64,000 bases of DNA from Bacteroidia bacterium (GTDB lineage Bacteria > Bacteroidota > Bacteroidia > 2-12-FULL-35-15): contig JAEUTU010000129.1 of NCBI GenBank assembly GCA_016786925.1, positions 17,792-81,791 of the forward strand. Reading direction: 5' to 3'. Positions 18,459 to 27,143 of the stretch are shown here, in pieces. Under the pieces are notes generated by a model, which was not told the origin of the DNA, searched no databases, and saw only the letters and a program-made list of their open reading frames with translations. The translations under genes and the position numbers were made by a program. The stretch's first letter is position 1. Each line of letters begins with the position of its first letter.

Positions 18459-19429
18459 TAAGTTATAAGGCATTCATTAATGGATGGATCTCCTTTTTGT
18501 TTACGAACAAAGGTCAGAAGATTTTTTAAAAACAGTTTATGCAATTGTGCAGACTCACTATAAGTAGTCAGTTCGCAGTTTTCATTGGAAAGGATAGCAT
18601 CTACCACTTTATTGGTCAACTGACTTTGAAAAAGCATTTTGTGAGTTTGCTCTTCCCATGCCCACTTATTCTCCAACTTACTCACCCATATTTTTGTTTC
18701 AGCACCTTCTTGAATACTATAGCGTGCTGTGGGCGTTTGAATAAGAACAGAAACAGGTGAAATTTCCTTTGAATACGAAGTGATCGAAGCAAAATTATTT
18801 CCGGCAACAGCTCTGATTGTCCCTGTAAACTCAACATAACCGGCCCTTTTACTTTCCAAAATTTCATTATCTATCAATATATGATCCAGCTCAGGATCTG
18901 TTCTATCTGTCAGATAGCTGAACAAGTCCAGCATGTGAATTCCATTGCAACCCAAGCCCCATGAATTTCCAGTAACATTGAATTGAACGGGACCTGTTAA
19001 TTCACTTTTAATTGTTTTATAGAAGGGCATCATCCTACGTGGACAATTCACCCATGTTTTTATTTGATGCTGCTCTAGTAATTTTTCAACTACATTATAA
19101 TCTTCCAGATTAGGAAATAAAAATTTCTCTAATACAAAATGTTCAACTTTTGCATGCTTTACTAATTGTTCGATAACAACTCTTCGAACTTTTGAATTCG
19201 TAGCCACAATCGCAACATCGATTTTTTTGTGCAATTGATCTACTGACCCCAAAAAGGCTATACGTCCTTTGAATGCTGCTGCGACTTCGTTAAATCTGGC
19301 TTCCGCAACATTCAAAGAATCTTGAGAGGGATCCATCACTTGAATATCTAATTGATGTTCACATGTAGCTAAAGCCTGCAAATGCCTACTACCTAATTGC
19401 CCCGCACCAATCAATACAATATTTTTCAT
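18458..19429 (-). CDS. Gfo/Idh/MocA-family NAD(P)-dependent oxidoreductase
   Basis: MKNIVLIGAGQLGSRHLQALA N-terminal dinucleotide-binding motif. 323 aa. Confidence 0.75.
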   Translation of the reverse strand: MKNIVLIGAGQLGSRHLQALATCEHQLDIQVMDPSQDSLNVAEARFNEVAAAFKGRIAFLGSVDQLHKKIDVAIVATNSKVRRVVIEQLVKHAKVEHFVLEKFLFPNLEDYNVVEKLLEQHQIKTWVNCPRRMMPFYKTIKSELTGPVQFNVTGNSWGLGCNGIHMLDLFSYLTDRTDPELDHILIDNEILESKRAGYVEFTGTIRAVAGNNFASITSYSKEISPVSVLIQTPTARYSIQEGAETKIWVSKLENKWAWEEQTHKMLFQSQLTNKVVDAILSNENCELTTYSESAQLHKLFLKNLLTFVRKQKGDPSINECLIT

Positions 19430-20091
19430 CTTACGATCTGTTTTAATTTTTCTGCTATCCGTTCTGCATACAATTTATTACCTAATACATTCAGATGTGA
19501 ATCAATGGGATGTAAATATTTTTCATAATCGATCTGATTCAGTAAAAATGAATGAACATCCACAAGCAGATCATCTTTTATATACTCATTTAAAACACTA
19601 TTAAATCTGGTAATTGACTCATTGGCTCCCGGTGTATCTTTATTTTGAAACGCATTTACAGGAGCAATGTTTACCCATATCAATTTACCCGAGAACTCTT
19701 CTTTCACTGTGCTGATAGCTCTTTCAAATTCATTAATACTTGTCCATGTTTTAGAGCGAATATACTTAATAAAAAAAGCCCTATTCATACGAATGATCTT
19801 ACGTATCAGCTTATTAAAAAAGGAAGTTGAAATAGTCCTTTCATGGCTGATCACACGGGGATATGCATCTACAATCCCTGATTGAATAACAATAATATCT
19901 GCATCACGGTGTGTATTTATCAAACTTGGCATATCAGTCATTTTCCGGAATGACAAATAATCAACTATAAAAGTATGTTCCGGAAATAATTTTTGAATGA
20001 TCACAGGAAATGTTTCACTTTCATTCACCTCCACAACATTATTATGAATGCGAGGTCCGCCATAACTGTCTGCAAGGATCACTATCTTCAT
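19426..20091 (-). CDS. SGNH/GDSL-like hydrolase-fold protein (possible sugar O-acyl esterase/transferase). First gene of the operon.
   Basis: MKIVILADSYGG N-terminus with a conserved Ser in an SGNH-type block. 221 aa. 4-bp overlap with the downstream gene. Confidence 0.4.
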   Translation of the reverse strand: MKIVILADSYGGPRIHNNVVEVNESETFPVIIQKLFPEHTFIVDYLSFRKMTDMPSLINTHRDADIIVIQSGIVDAYPRVISHERTISTSFFNKLIRKIIRMNRAFFIKYIRSKTWTSINEFERAISTVKEEFSGKLIWVNIAPVNAFQNKDTPGANESITRFNSVLNEYIKDDLLVDVHSFLLNQIDYEKYLHPIDSHLNVLGNKLYAERIAEKLKQIVR

Positions 20092-20111
20092 ATTTTAAGA
20101 ATAAAAGCATT

Positions 20112-20119
20112 CAAATTTA
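20112..20119 (-). promoter_or_regulatory. Candidate -7 box (TAAATTTG on the minus strand), 21 bp upstream of the operon's first start codon (20091)
   Basis: The plus strand reads caaattta. It lies in the 147-bp divergent intergenic region. Confidence 0.3.
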
Positions 20120-20207
20120 CTTGATTTTTCGAGATAAAGATGAAGAATTTGAACTCCATAAATTTTGTTAATTTGAAGACAAACAATTGCAGAACAGAGT
20201 TTTAATT

Positions 20208-20215
20208 TATCTTTG
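20208..20215 (+). promoter_or_regulatory. Candidate -7 box TATCTTTG, 23 bp upstream of the flippase ATG (20239)
   Basis: TAnnTTTG match. TTTG motifs lie at 20164-20167 and 20172-20175, but the spacing is longer than canonical. Confidence 0.3.
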
Positions 20216-20238
20216 CTGTAGACAACGATCGTGCAAAC

Positions 20239-21720
20239 ATGGGAATCATTGAAAAACAAGCAACTAAAAATGTGATCTACTCCTATTTAGGAGCATTTTT
20301 GGGCTTTATTACGATCATTTTCTCATCGCATGCATTAAGTCCAGATGAAAATGGGCTAACTCGTATCCTTCTTTCATTATCGATCTTAATGGCGCAATTT
20401 GCCGGTTTAGGCTTTAACACGGTCACCATCCGTTTGTTTCCATATTTCAGAGATCACGACAAAGGACATCATGGTTATCTATTTTATGGTATTCTGGTTA
20501 CATTGGCCGGCTTTTCTTTGTGTGTCATTTTCTATTTTTTATCAAAAGATTATCTGATCGAAAGTAATCAGGAGAAGTCAAAATTATTTGTCGATTACAC
20601 TCATTATCTTTTACCTCTAACGCTTTTTACTTTATTCTTCAATCTCTTTGATTATTACTTAAGAGCCTGCTATAACTCTGTGATCGGCTCCTCTTCAAAA
20701 GAATTCTTTCAACGGATCATAATACTCATTGTACTTGCCGCATTCTTTTTTAAGTGGATCGACTTTTCTGCTTTTGTATTATTATATGTTGCAGCTGTAT
20801 GTTTTCCTACCTTTATTTTACTGTATTACATTATCAAGTTAAAAGAATGGCATATTAAGCCGGTTAGAGGATTTGTAAGCAAAGAACTTAGAAAAGAGAT
20901 CATTAAACTGAGTTTATATTCCATATTAGCTGGAGGAGCTGGTGTTTTGATCTCTAACATTGATATTATCATGGTGAATCAAAAATTAGGATTAGCTCAA
21001 GCTGGTATCTACGGAATCGCATTTTATTTTGGAACGATCATCATTATTCCTTCCCGTTCATTACTAAGAATTGCTATGAGTGTGGTGTCAGAAGCATTCA
21101 AAAAAGATGACATTAAAGAGATCCACAGCATTTATAACAAATCATGCAACACACAATTAACGATTGGATTATTATTATTCATAGGAATCTGGGGAAACAT
21201 TGATAACATTATGCAATTACTCCCTCCAGAGTACAGAGGCGGTGAAAATGTGATCCTTTTTATTAGTCTAGGCTATTTAGTAGATATGGCCACAGGCATC
21301 AATTATGTGATCGTATTAACATCAAAATATTATCGTTTCGACACTTATTTTATGCTGATCGTTTTAACATTGACGATTGCAACCAATTATATTTTAATTC
21401 CTTTGTATGGAATAACAGGTTCTGCAATAGCTACAGCAATCACCATCTCATTCTATAATATTTTAAGATGGCTGTTCTTATATTATAAATTCAAGATGCA
21501 GCCCTATGATCTAAACACGATCAAATTGCTTTTAATAGGTGTGATCTCTTTCCTTCCGGGGTATTTCATTCCTGCAACAGGCATATTGTTTCTTGATCTG
21601 GCAATAAAAAGCAGTATTATTGGTGGTCTTTTTATACTGCTGATTCTAAAAATGGAAGCCGCTCCCGATATCAATGCGAAGATCAGAAAGAACCTGTTAC
21701 GCTTTCACATAAAACTATAA
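20239..21720 (+). CDS. Oligosaccharide/polysaccharide flippase (Wzx-like, MOP superfamily)
   Basis: 493 aa with about 12-14 predicted TM helices throughout. Typical polysaccharide biosynthesis protein architecture. Confidence 0.7.
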   Translation: MGIIEKQATKNVIYSYLGAFLGFITIIFSSHALSPDENGLTRILLSLSILMAQFAGLGFNTVTIRLFPYFRDHDKGHHGYLFYGILVTLAGFSLCVIFYFLSKDYLIESNQEKSKLFVDYTHYLLPLTLFTLFFNLFDYYLRACYNSVIGSSSKEFFQRIIILIVLAAFFFKWIDFSAFVLLYVAAVCFPTFILLYYIIKLKEWHIKPVRGFVSKELRKEIIKLSLYSILAGGAGVLISNIDIIMVNQKLGLAQAGIYGIAFYFGTIIIIPSRSLLRIAMSVVSEAFKKDDIKEIHSIYNKSCNTQLTIGLLLFIGIWGNIDNIMQLLPPEYRGGENVILFISLGYLVDMATGINYVIVLTSKYYRFDTYFMLIVLTLTIATNYILIPLYGITGSAIATAITISFYNILRWLFLYYKFKMQPYDLNTIKLLLIGVISFLPGYFIPATGILFLDLAIKSSIIGGLFILLILKMEAAPDINAKIRKNLLRFHIKL

Positions 21721-21766
21721 AGCCTTCATTTTTTGATGAAGGCTTTATAAAAATTAAATAGTGATA

Positions 21767-24295
21767 TTAGTCTTTCTTTTGTCGCAATCCCAACACAACT
21801 GCTCCTCCTAACATTCCGAACAGCACCAAACAACTTACTAAAGAGATCTTTTCACCTGTGTAGTATTTCGTTGGCTCAAATTTAAACTCGATCTTATGCT
21901 CACCGGCAGGTACACGCATTGCGCGTAAGATCCAATCACCTGAGAAATATGTTTTTTTCTCCCCATCAACATACACATTCCAACCATCTTTATAAAACAC
22001 TTCTGAGAATACAGCTAACTGCTCAGAAGATGTTTTAGATTCATAGGTCAAATGATTAGGTTTATACTCTGCCAAGCGGATCTTTGCGTTTGCATCAGCG
22101 CTAGGTTTAAAACCATCTAATTCAGATTGATAACGTTTGTCAACTACAATCGTTTTTGCAGGGTCGATCTCACCTAATGTCGCCAATTCCTGATCTGCAT
22201 TATCCACCATTTTTATCTCATCAACAAACCAAGCATTACCCAATGCATATCTGTTTTGCAATGGCTGTGCTTCCGGATTGTAAATGATATATTTAGTATT
22301 TAACATATTTAAAACACCTTGCTTTGAAAAAGTATATCTCAAAGCCGAATCGGTAGGATTAGATCTCAAAGTGTTTCCAATATTTTGAATATTAGAAGTG
22401 ATATGCGTTTCAATCAATTCTTGATATCTTCTCAATTTGGCCGGGTGGTAACCACCAACAGATTTGTGAAAATAAGAAGTAGCTGCATCGTTAAACGGGC
22501 CTTCTTTCGGACCGGCAAGATTCAGCACTCTGTAATTCGGATCCTTATCCTCCAAAATAGCAAGATCTGCTGCACTAGGAGTAAATGGCGTTTCTGCCTT
22601 TTTCTTATCACTAAAGCTTTTATCGTTCAAATGACGCTTGTCCACTCCCCACAGATCGATAAGGATCACCAAACCTAAAAGTGGGATCATGATATTGGCA
22701 TTTATCTTATTCTTCAAATATAACCATAGTACTAATGCACCCAACACTACAAAAAAGAAACTTCTCAGGGCATCGGCTTTAAACAAAGCAATACGGGCTG
22801 TTTCCACATTATCCATAACTTGTTGCGCAACCTGAGCACCATTACTTTTTTGAATACTTTCAAACATTTGCGCATCTGCTACTGATGTAAAATCTGTAAG
22901 AGAAGGCATCAAATAAAATAACAATGACAATCCACCTGTTAGACCAAAGGAAACAAAAAAGGCATTTTGTACACTCAACTCCGTTTTGGTAAAAGGCAAA
23001 CGAACTTTATCCTTGATCAAACCCGGATTCTTGATCAATTTATCGACTACTAAAATGGCTAAAAGGGGAATACAAAACTCGGCAATCACAAGAATTTGCG
23101 AAACGGCTCTAAACTTGTTATACATTGGGAAATAATCTAAAAACAGCTCTGTGAGCCACATCATATTCTTTCCCCACGACAATGTGATGGATAAGATTGT
23201 ACCCGCCAATAAAACCCATTTCATTCTGCCTTCCACCACAAACAATCCAAATACAAAAAGGAAAATCACGATCGCTCCTGCATAAGGAGACATCGTAAAC
23301 AATTGATCTCCCCAATATTGCGGCATACTACCGATGTATTCTTTCATTTGAGGATCTACATCTTTTAAGGCATTTTTATTTTCGGAAACAGGAATATTAG
23401 AAGAAGTACCTTTAAATCCCGGAATCATTAAGGTCATCACCTCTGCCTTACCCATGCTCCATTGAGTTGCATAATCTTTATCTACCCCACTCGTCTGGTT
23501 AGCACCATCTTTCGTTAATTCAGAAGGTCCACGAATGGTGTATTTAGAGTATTCATAAGTGCTCCAAAGGTTTGCAAAATTACAGCCAACACCAATCACA
23601 CCTGCGACTAGAAACACAGCAATTCCTTTTCCTATTTCTGCATACATTTTCTCCTTTATCTTTATGGCCCACTCGATCAACATATAGATCAAAAGGAAAA
23701 TAAAGAAGTAATAGGTCATCTGAATATGGTTACACAATAGCTCCAACGCAAAGAACAAGGCTGTCAATGCTCCACCCAACAAATATTTGCCTCTGTTAAC
23801 AAGAATAACACCTCCAAAAAGTGGTGGCAAATAACCTAATGCTGCCGCTTTGGTAATATGTCCTGCATCCAAAATAATAAACGTATAAGCTGTAAATGCA
23901 TACGCAATGGCTCCAACTATTGAAAGCCAGGGATTAACCCTTAGTATGATCAGTAAAATAAAAAAGCCTAGCATGAGGTTGAATAACATCATAGCCGGAG
24001 AAGACATACCTAGGGTTAGTATCGTTCTTACTTCATATAAAAAGTTATTCGGGTAGCGAATAGAAATTTGATAAGCCGGCATCCCACCAAACATAGAATT
24101 GGTCCACAAAGCCTCTTCTTTTTGCTGCTCTCTGAAATCGGAGATCTCTTTTGACATGGCTTTATTCAGCACCATATCACTTTGCACGATCACTTTATCT
24201 TTCAGCATCGGACTGAAGTATCCGTATGTCAGACCAACAAATAAAAGAACAGCTGTTATAACCGGGATTAACGCTTTTAGATTTATGTTTTTCAT
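21767..24295 (-). CDS. YfhO-family polytopic membrane protein (lipid-linked glycan glycosyltransferase family)
   Basis: 842 aa. Multi-TM N-terminal two thirds plus a C-terminal soluble beta-rich domain and a terminal TM helix. This matches YfhO-family topology. Confidence 0.7.
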   Translation of the reverse strand: MKNINLKALIPVITAVLLFVGLTYGYFSPMLKDKVIVQSDMVLNKAMSKEISDFREQQKEEALWTNSMFGGMPAYQISIRYPNNFLYEVRTILTLGMSSPAMMLFNLMLGFFILLIILRVNPWLSIVGAIAYAFTAYTFIILDAGHITKAAALGYLPPLFGGVILVNRGKYLLGGALTALFFALELLCNHIQMTYYFFIFLLIYMLIEWAIKIKEKMYAEIGKGIAVFLVAGVIGVGCNFANLWSTYEYSKYTIRGPSELTKDGANQTSGVDKDYATQWSMGKAEVMTLMIPGFKGTSSNIPVSENKNALKDVDPQMKEYIGSMPQYWGDQLFTMSPYAGAIVIFLFVFGLFVVEGRMKWVLLAGTILSITLSWGKNMMWLTELFLDYFPMYNKFRAVSQILVIAEFCIPLLAILVVDKLIKNPGLIKDKVRLPFTKTELSVQNAFFVSFGLTGGLSLLFYLMPSLTDFTSVADAQMFESIQKSNGAQVAQQVMDNVETARIALFKADALRSFFFVVLGALVLWLYLKNKINANIMIPLLGLVILIDLWGVDKRHLNDKSFSDKKKAETPFTPSAADLAILEDKDPNYRVLNLAGPKEGPFNDAATSYFHKSVGGYHPAKLRRYQELIETHITSNIQNIGNTLRSNPTDSALRYTFSKQGVLNMLNTKYIIYNPEAQPLQNRYALGNAWFVDEIKMVDNADQELATLGEIDPAKTIVVDKRYQSELDGFKPSADANAKIRLAEYKPNHLTYESKTSSEQLAVFSEVFYKDGWNVYVDGEKKTYFSGDWILRAMRVPAGEHKIEFKFEPTKYYTGEKISLVSCLVLFGMLGGAVVLGLRQKKD

Positions 24296-24396
24296 ATAAA
24301 AAGTATGTTTATAGAGAACAAATATAATTATTTAATTGAGGCGAAAACAGGCAAGTTTTACCTCATTTTAGGTATTTCAAAGTCATATTAAATGCT

Positions 24397-24404
24397 TATT
24401 TTTG
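24397..24404 (+). promoter_or_regulatory. Candidate -7 box TATTTTTG, 19 bp upstream of the ATG at 24423
   Basis: Direct TAnnTTTG match in the YfhO/dioxygenase divergent region. Confidence 0.3.
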
Positions 24405-24422
24405 CCTATCAATTCTAAAAAA

Positions 24423-25235
24423 ATGAAAAATTTGTTGAATCCTTCATTATTAGATGAAGCAAAAATAAAAGAGATACGTTCTGCATTCGAAAATGCGCAA
24501 CCTTGCAAACATGTGGCTGTTCCTAATTTTTTGAATGAAGAATTAGCCAATACACTATATGAGAATTTTCCAAAGTTGGAAGCATTGAATGTAAAAAGAA
24601 AGAGTATCAATGAAAACAAATCGGAAGAATACCATTTAGAACGCTACCACCCTGCTTTCAATCAGTTACGCGATTTTATGAATTCACCTGAAATGTATGA
24701 GTGGATTAGCAAAGTAACTGGGATTGAAGACTTGCGCTCTACTTATGATTCTTTGGGATCGGGAGTTCATCAAGGCGGACCGGGGAGTTTTGTTGACGTG
24801 CATGTGGATATAAACATGAATCCTGTTGCCAACCTTCACCGAAGAATAAATGTATTGATCTATTTAAATAAACATTGGAAAGATGAGTATGGCGGAGCAT
24901 TGGAGTTCTGGGACAAGGATGTAAAAAATTGCATTTCCAAAGTAATGCCTTATTTCAACCAGGCTGCGATCATGGTGACGGATGAAACATCCTATCATGG
25001 ATATGCAAAGATCAATATCCCTGATCATGAGAGTCGCAAATCATTTTACTGTTACTACTACACTCCTGCCGGAAAAGATTTTGTTTTCCGTGATTCGAGA
25101 TTCAAAACCCGCCCGGATGAAAGTGTAACTAAGACTGCTATAACCGAAGTTAAAGAAACATTAAAGATCAATATCAAACGTTTCTTAAAAGCTATAGGTA
25201 TAAAATCACTCGACTTCCAAGACAAAAATAAATAA
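24423..25235 (+). CDS. 2OG-Fe(II) dioxygenase, prolyl-4-hydroxylase-like
   Basis: HVDVHVD (HxD) ... RRINVLIYLNKHWKDEYGGALEFW ... SYHGY pattern resembles the P4Hc domain. The track ORF begins at a TTG (24402); the first ATG is at 24423. Confidence 0.55.
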   Translation: MKNLLNPSLLDEAKIKEIRSAFENAQPCKHVAVPNFLNEELANTLYENFPKLEALNVKRKSINENKSEEYHLERYHPAFNQLRDFMNSPEMYEWISKVTGIEDLRSTYDSLGSGVHQGGPGSFVDVHVDINMNPVANLHRRINVLIYLNKHWKDEYGGALEFWDKDVKNCISKVMPYFNQAAIMVTDETSYHGYAKINIPDHESRKSFYCYYYTPAGKDFVFRDSRFKTRPDESVTKTAITEVKETLKINIKRFLKAIGIKSLDFQDKNK

Positions 25236-26029
25236 TGTCACTTCACAATAAGGTAGTTTGGATAACAGGAGCTTCATCAGGAATTGGTGAAGCTCTTGCT
25301 TATGTTTGTGCTAAACAAGGGGCTAAACTTGTGCTTTCTGCACGAAGAGAAAAAGAATTGGAACGTGTAGCAGAAAATTGCAAACTCGACAAAAAACATA
25401 TTCTCATACTACCACTTGACCTAGAACATACCAAACATGTTTCAGAAAAGGTTGAAACAGTAGTTAAAGAATTCGGAAGAATTGATGTATTGGTCAACAA
25501 TAGCGGTATGGGGCACCGTACCAAAGCTGTAAATACCTCTACCGAAATCGACAGAAAAGTAATGGAAGTGAATTTCTTTGGAACCATTAACCTTACCAAA
25601 GCAGTGGCCCAACAAATGCAAAAACAGCAATCAGGTAAGCTGGTGGTTATCAGTAGTATCATGGGGAAATACGGAATGCCACTTTACTCTACATACGCTG
25701 CTTCTAAACATGCATTGTATGGCTATTTTGAATCGTTGCGACAAGAACTTTTTAAAGACAACATCAAAGTATTGATCGTTAGTCCGGGTTTTATTAATAC
25801 CGATGTTAGCACAAAACTATTGCGGGAAGACGGATCGGAATACGGTATAAAAAGCGATGCTCAAGAGAAAGGAATGAGTGCCATGGATTGTGCAAAAGGG
25901 ATAGTAAATGCCATAAATTCAAATAGGGACCACAAATTCGTTGGAAAGTATGAGATCTTCTCCGTTTATGTAAAACAGTATTTCCCTAAGATTTTTTACA
26001 AACTGATGCGCAAAATGACCAAGGAGTAA
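25235..26029 (+). CDS. Short-chain dehydrogenase/reductase (SDR)
   Basis: VWITGASSGIGEALAY (TGxxxGIG). YAASKHAL (YxxxK). TAATG overlap with the upstream gene. Confidence 0.85.
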   Translation: MSLHNKVVWITGASSGIGEALAYVCAKQGAKLVLSARREKELERVAENCKLDKKHILILPLDLEHTKHVSEKVETVVKEFGRIDVLVNNSGMGHRTKAVNTSTEIDRKVMEVNFFGTINLTKAVAQQMQKQQSGKLVVISSIMGKYGMPLYSTYAASKHALYGYFESLRQELFKDNIKVLIVSPGFINTDVSTKLLREDGSEYGIKSDAQEKGMSAMDCAKGIVNAINSNRDHKFVGKYEIFSVYVKQYFPKIFYKLMRKMTKE

Positions 26030-26102
26030 ATCAGCTCCCCGACTGATATTAATCATCTTTTTATTTATAATTCCTCCCTAACCTTGTAACCAAGTTTAGG
26101 AT

Positions 26103-27143
26103 ATGTTAGGGATACAGATCAACTCATTTGAAGTAAAGAATTTTTTCGTACAAAGGATTGGCAAAAGTTCCTTTGTATGGCGCGGTATCGAATTCTTGCA
26201 AGGGCTTTCCTACAGCTTCAATTATTGGCTTTATTATGGCAGTGATCTTATCAAAAGAAAAACATCCATAACAGAGATCAACATCGAATTTGTAAGCTAC
26301 TGTAATTTACGCTGTAAGTTATGTTCCTTGGATCATGAAAAGACAAAAGTGAGAATGTCTCCCGAAACATTAAGTCATTTTTTTGATGAATTTCTGAATG
26401 ATGACCGTTTTAGAAGTGTTAAAACGATCCATCTATACAATGCTGGAGAAGTACTTCTACATCCTAAATTAGAAGAAATGCTTTCCATTATCAGAAAGTA
26501 TAAAGAGATAGCAGCAAAAGAGAAAAAGCACTTCCCCAAAATAGCATTACTTACAAATGCTACCATTTTGGATGAAGAAAATTCTGCCATCCTAATTCGT
26601 TCAGGCGTATTGGATCACATTCGCTTTAGTATGGATGGAGGAAATAAAGAAAAATTTGAAGAAATGCGTTTAAGAGCAAAGTGGGATGTATTCGTGAAAA
26701 ATATTAGCTCATTTTGTGAACTCAACCATAAAAGCGAAAAACCTATCCCTACGGGGATCATCACATTAGTTGAATATGAAAACAAACTTCACACCAAATG
26801 GATGAGTGATGAGTTTAAAAAATTATTGAACATGGTTGATGGCTACGAGCTACGTTATGCGCACAATTGGGGAGGAGAAGTTGAAATTGAGGAATTAAAA
26901 GACAAAAACAAGAAAGCATATAAAGTAGGATGTAGTTTATTAATGCATCAACTTGTTTTACTTCCTAATGGTGATATAACCGTTTGTTGTGCCGATCTGA
27001 ATTCAAAAGGAGTGATCGGAAATATATTAAAAGAAGATCTGTTTAGTATTTACAGAAAGCCTCAGCGGCTAGATATGTTACATAAATTCATGAAAGGGAA
27101 AAAGAAAGAGATCGATCTTTGTAAAGATTGTGAAACATTCTAA
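26103..27143 (+). CDS. Radical SAM protein with a C-terminal SPASM/twitch-like cysteine cluster
   Basis: CNLRCKLC (CxxxCxxC) at aa 68-75. C-terminal CCADLNSKG...CKDCETF cysteine cluster. 346 aa. Confidence 0.7.
   Translation: MLGIQINSFEVKNFFVQRIGKSSFVWRGIEFLQGLSYSFNYWLYYGSDLIKRKTSITEINIEFVSYCNLRCKLCSLDHEKTKVRMSPETLSHFFDEFLNDDRFRSVKTIHLYNAGEVLLHPKLEEMLSIIRKYKEIAAKEKKHFPKIALLTNATILDEENSAILIRSGVLDHIRFSMDGGNKEKFEEMRLRAKWDVFVKNISSFCELNHKSEKPIPTGIITLVEYENKLHTKWMSDEFKKLLNMVDGYELRYAHNWGGEVEIEELKDKNKKAYKVGCSLLMHQLVLLPNGDITVCCADLNSKGVIGNILKEDLFSIYRKPQRLDMLHKFMKGKKKEIDLCKDCETF

Noticed and set aside
26103-27143. Radical SAM gene as marker of a RiPP cluster
   Set aside because: No precursor-peptide ORF or leader-recognition (RRE) domain is visible nearby. 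It is retained only as an open question in the findings rather than called a RiPP system.
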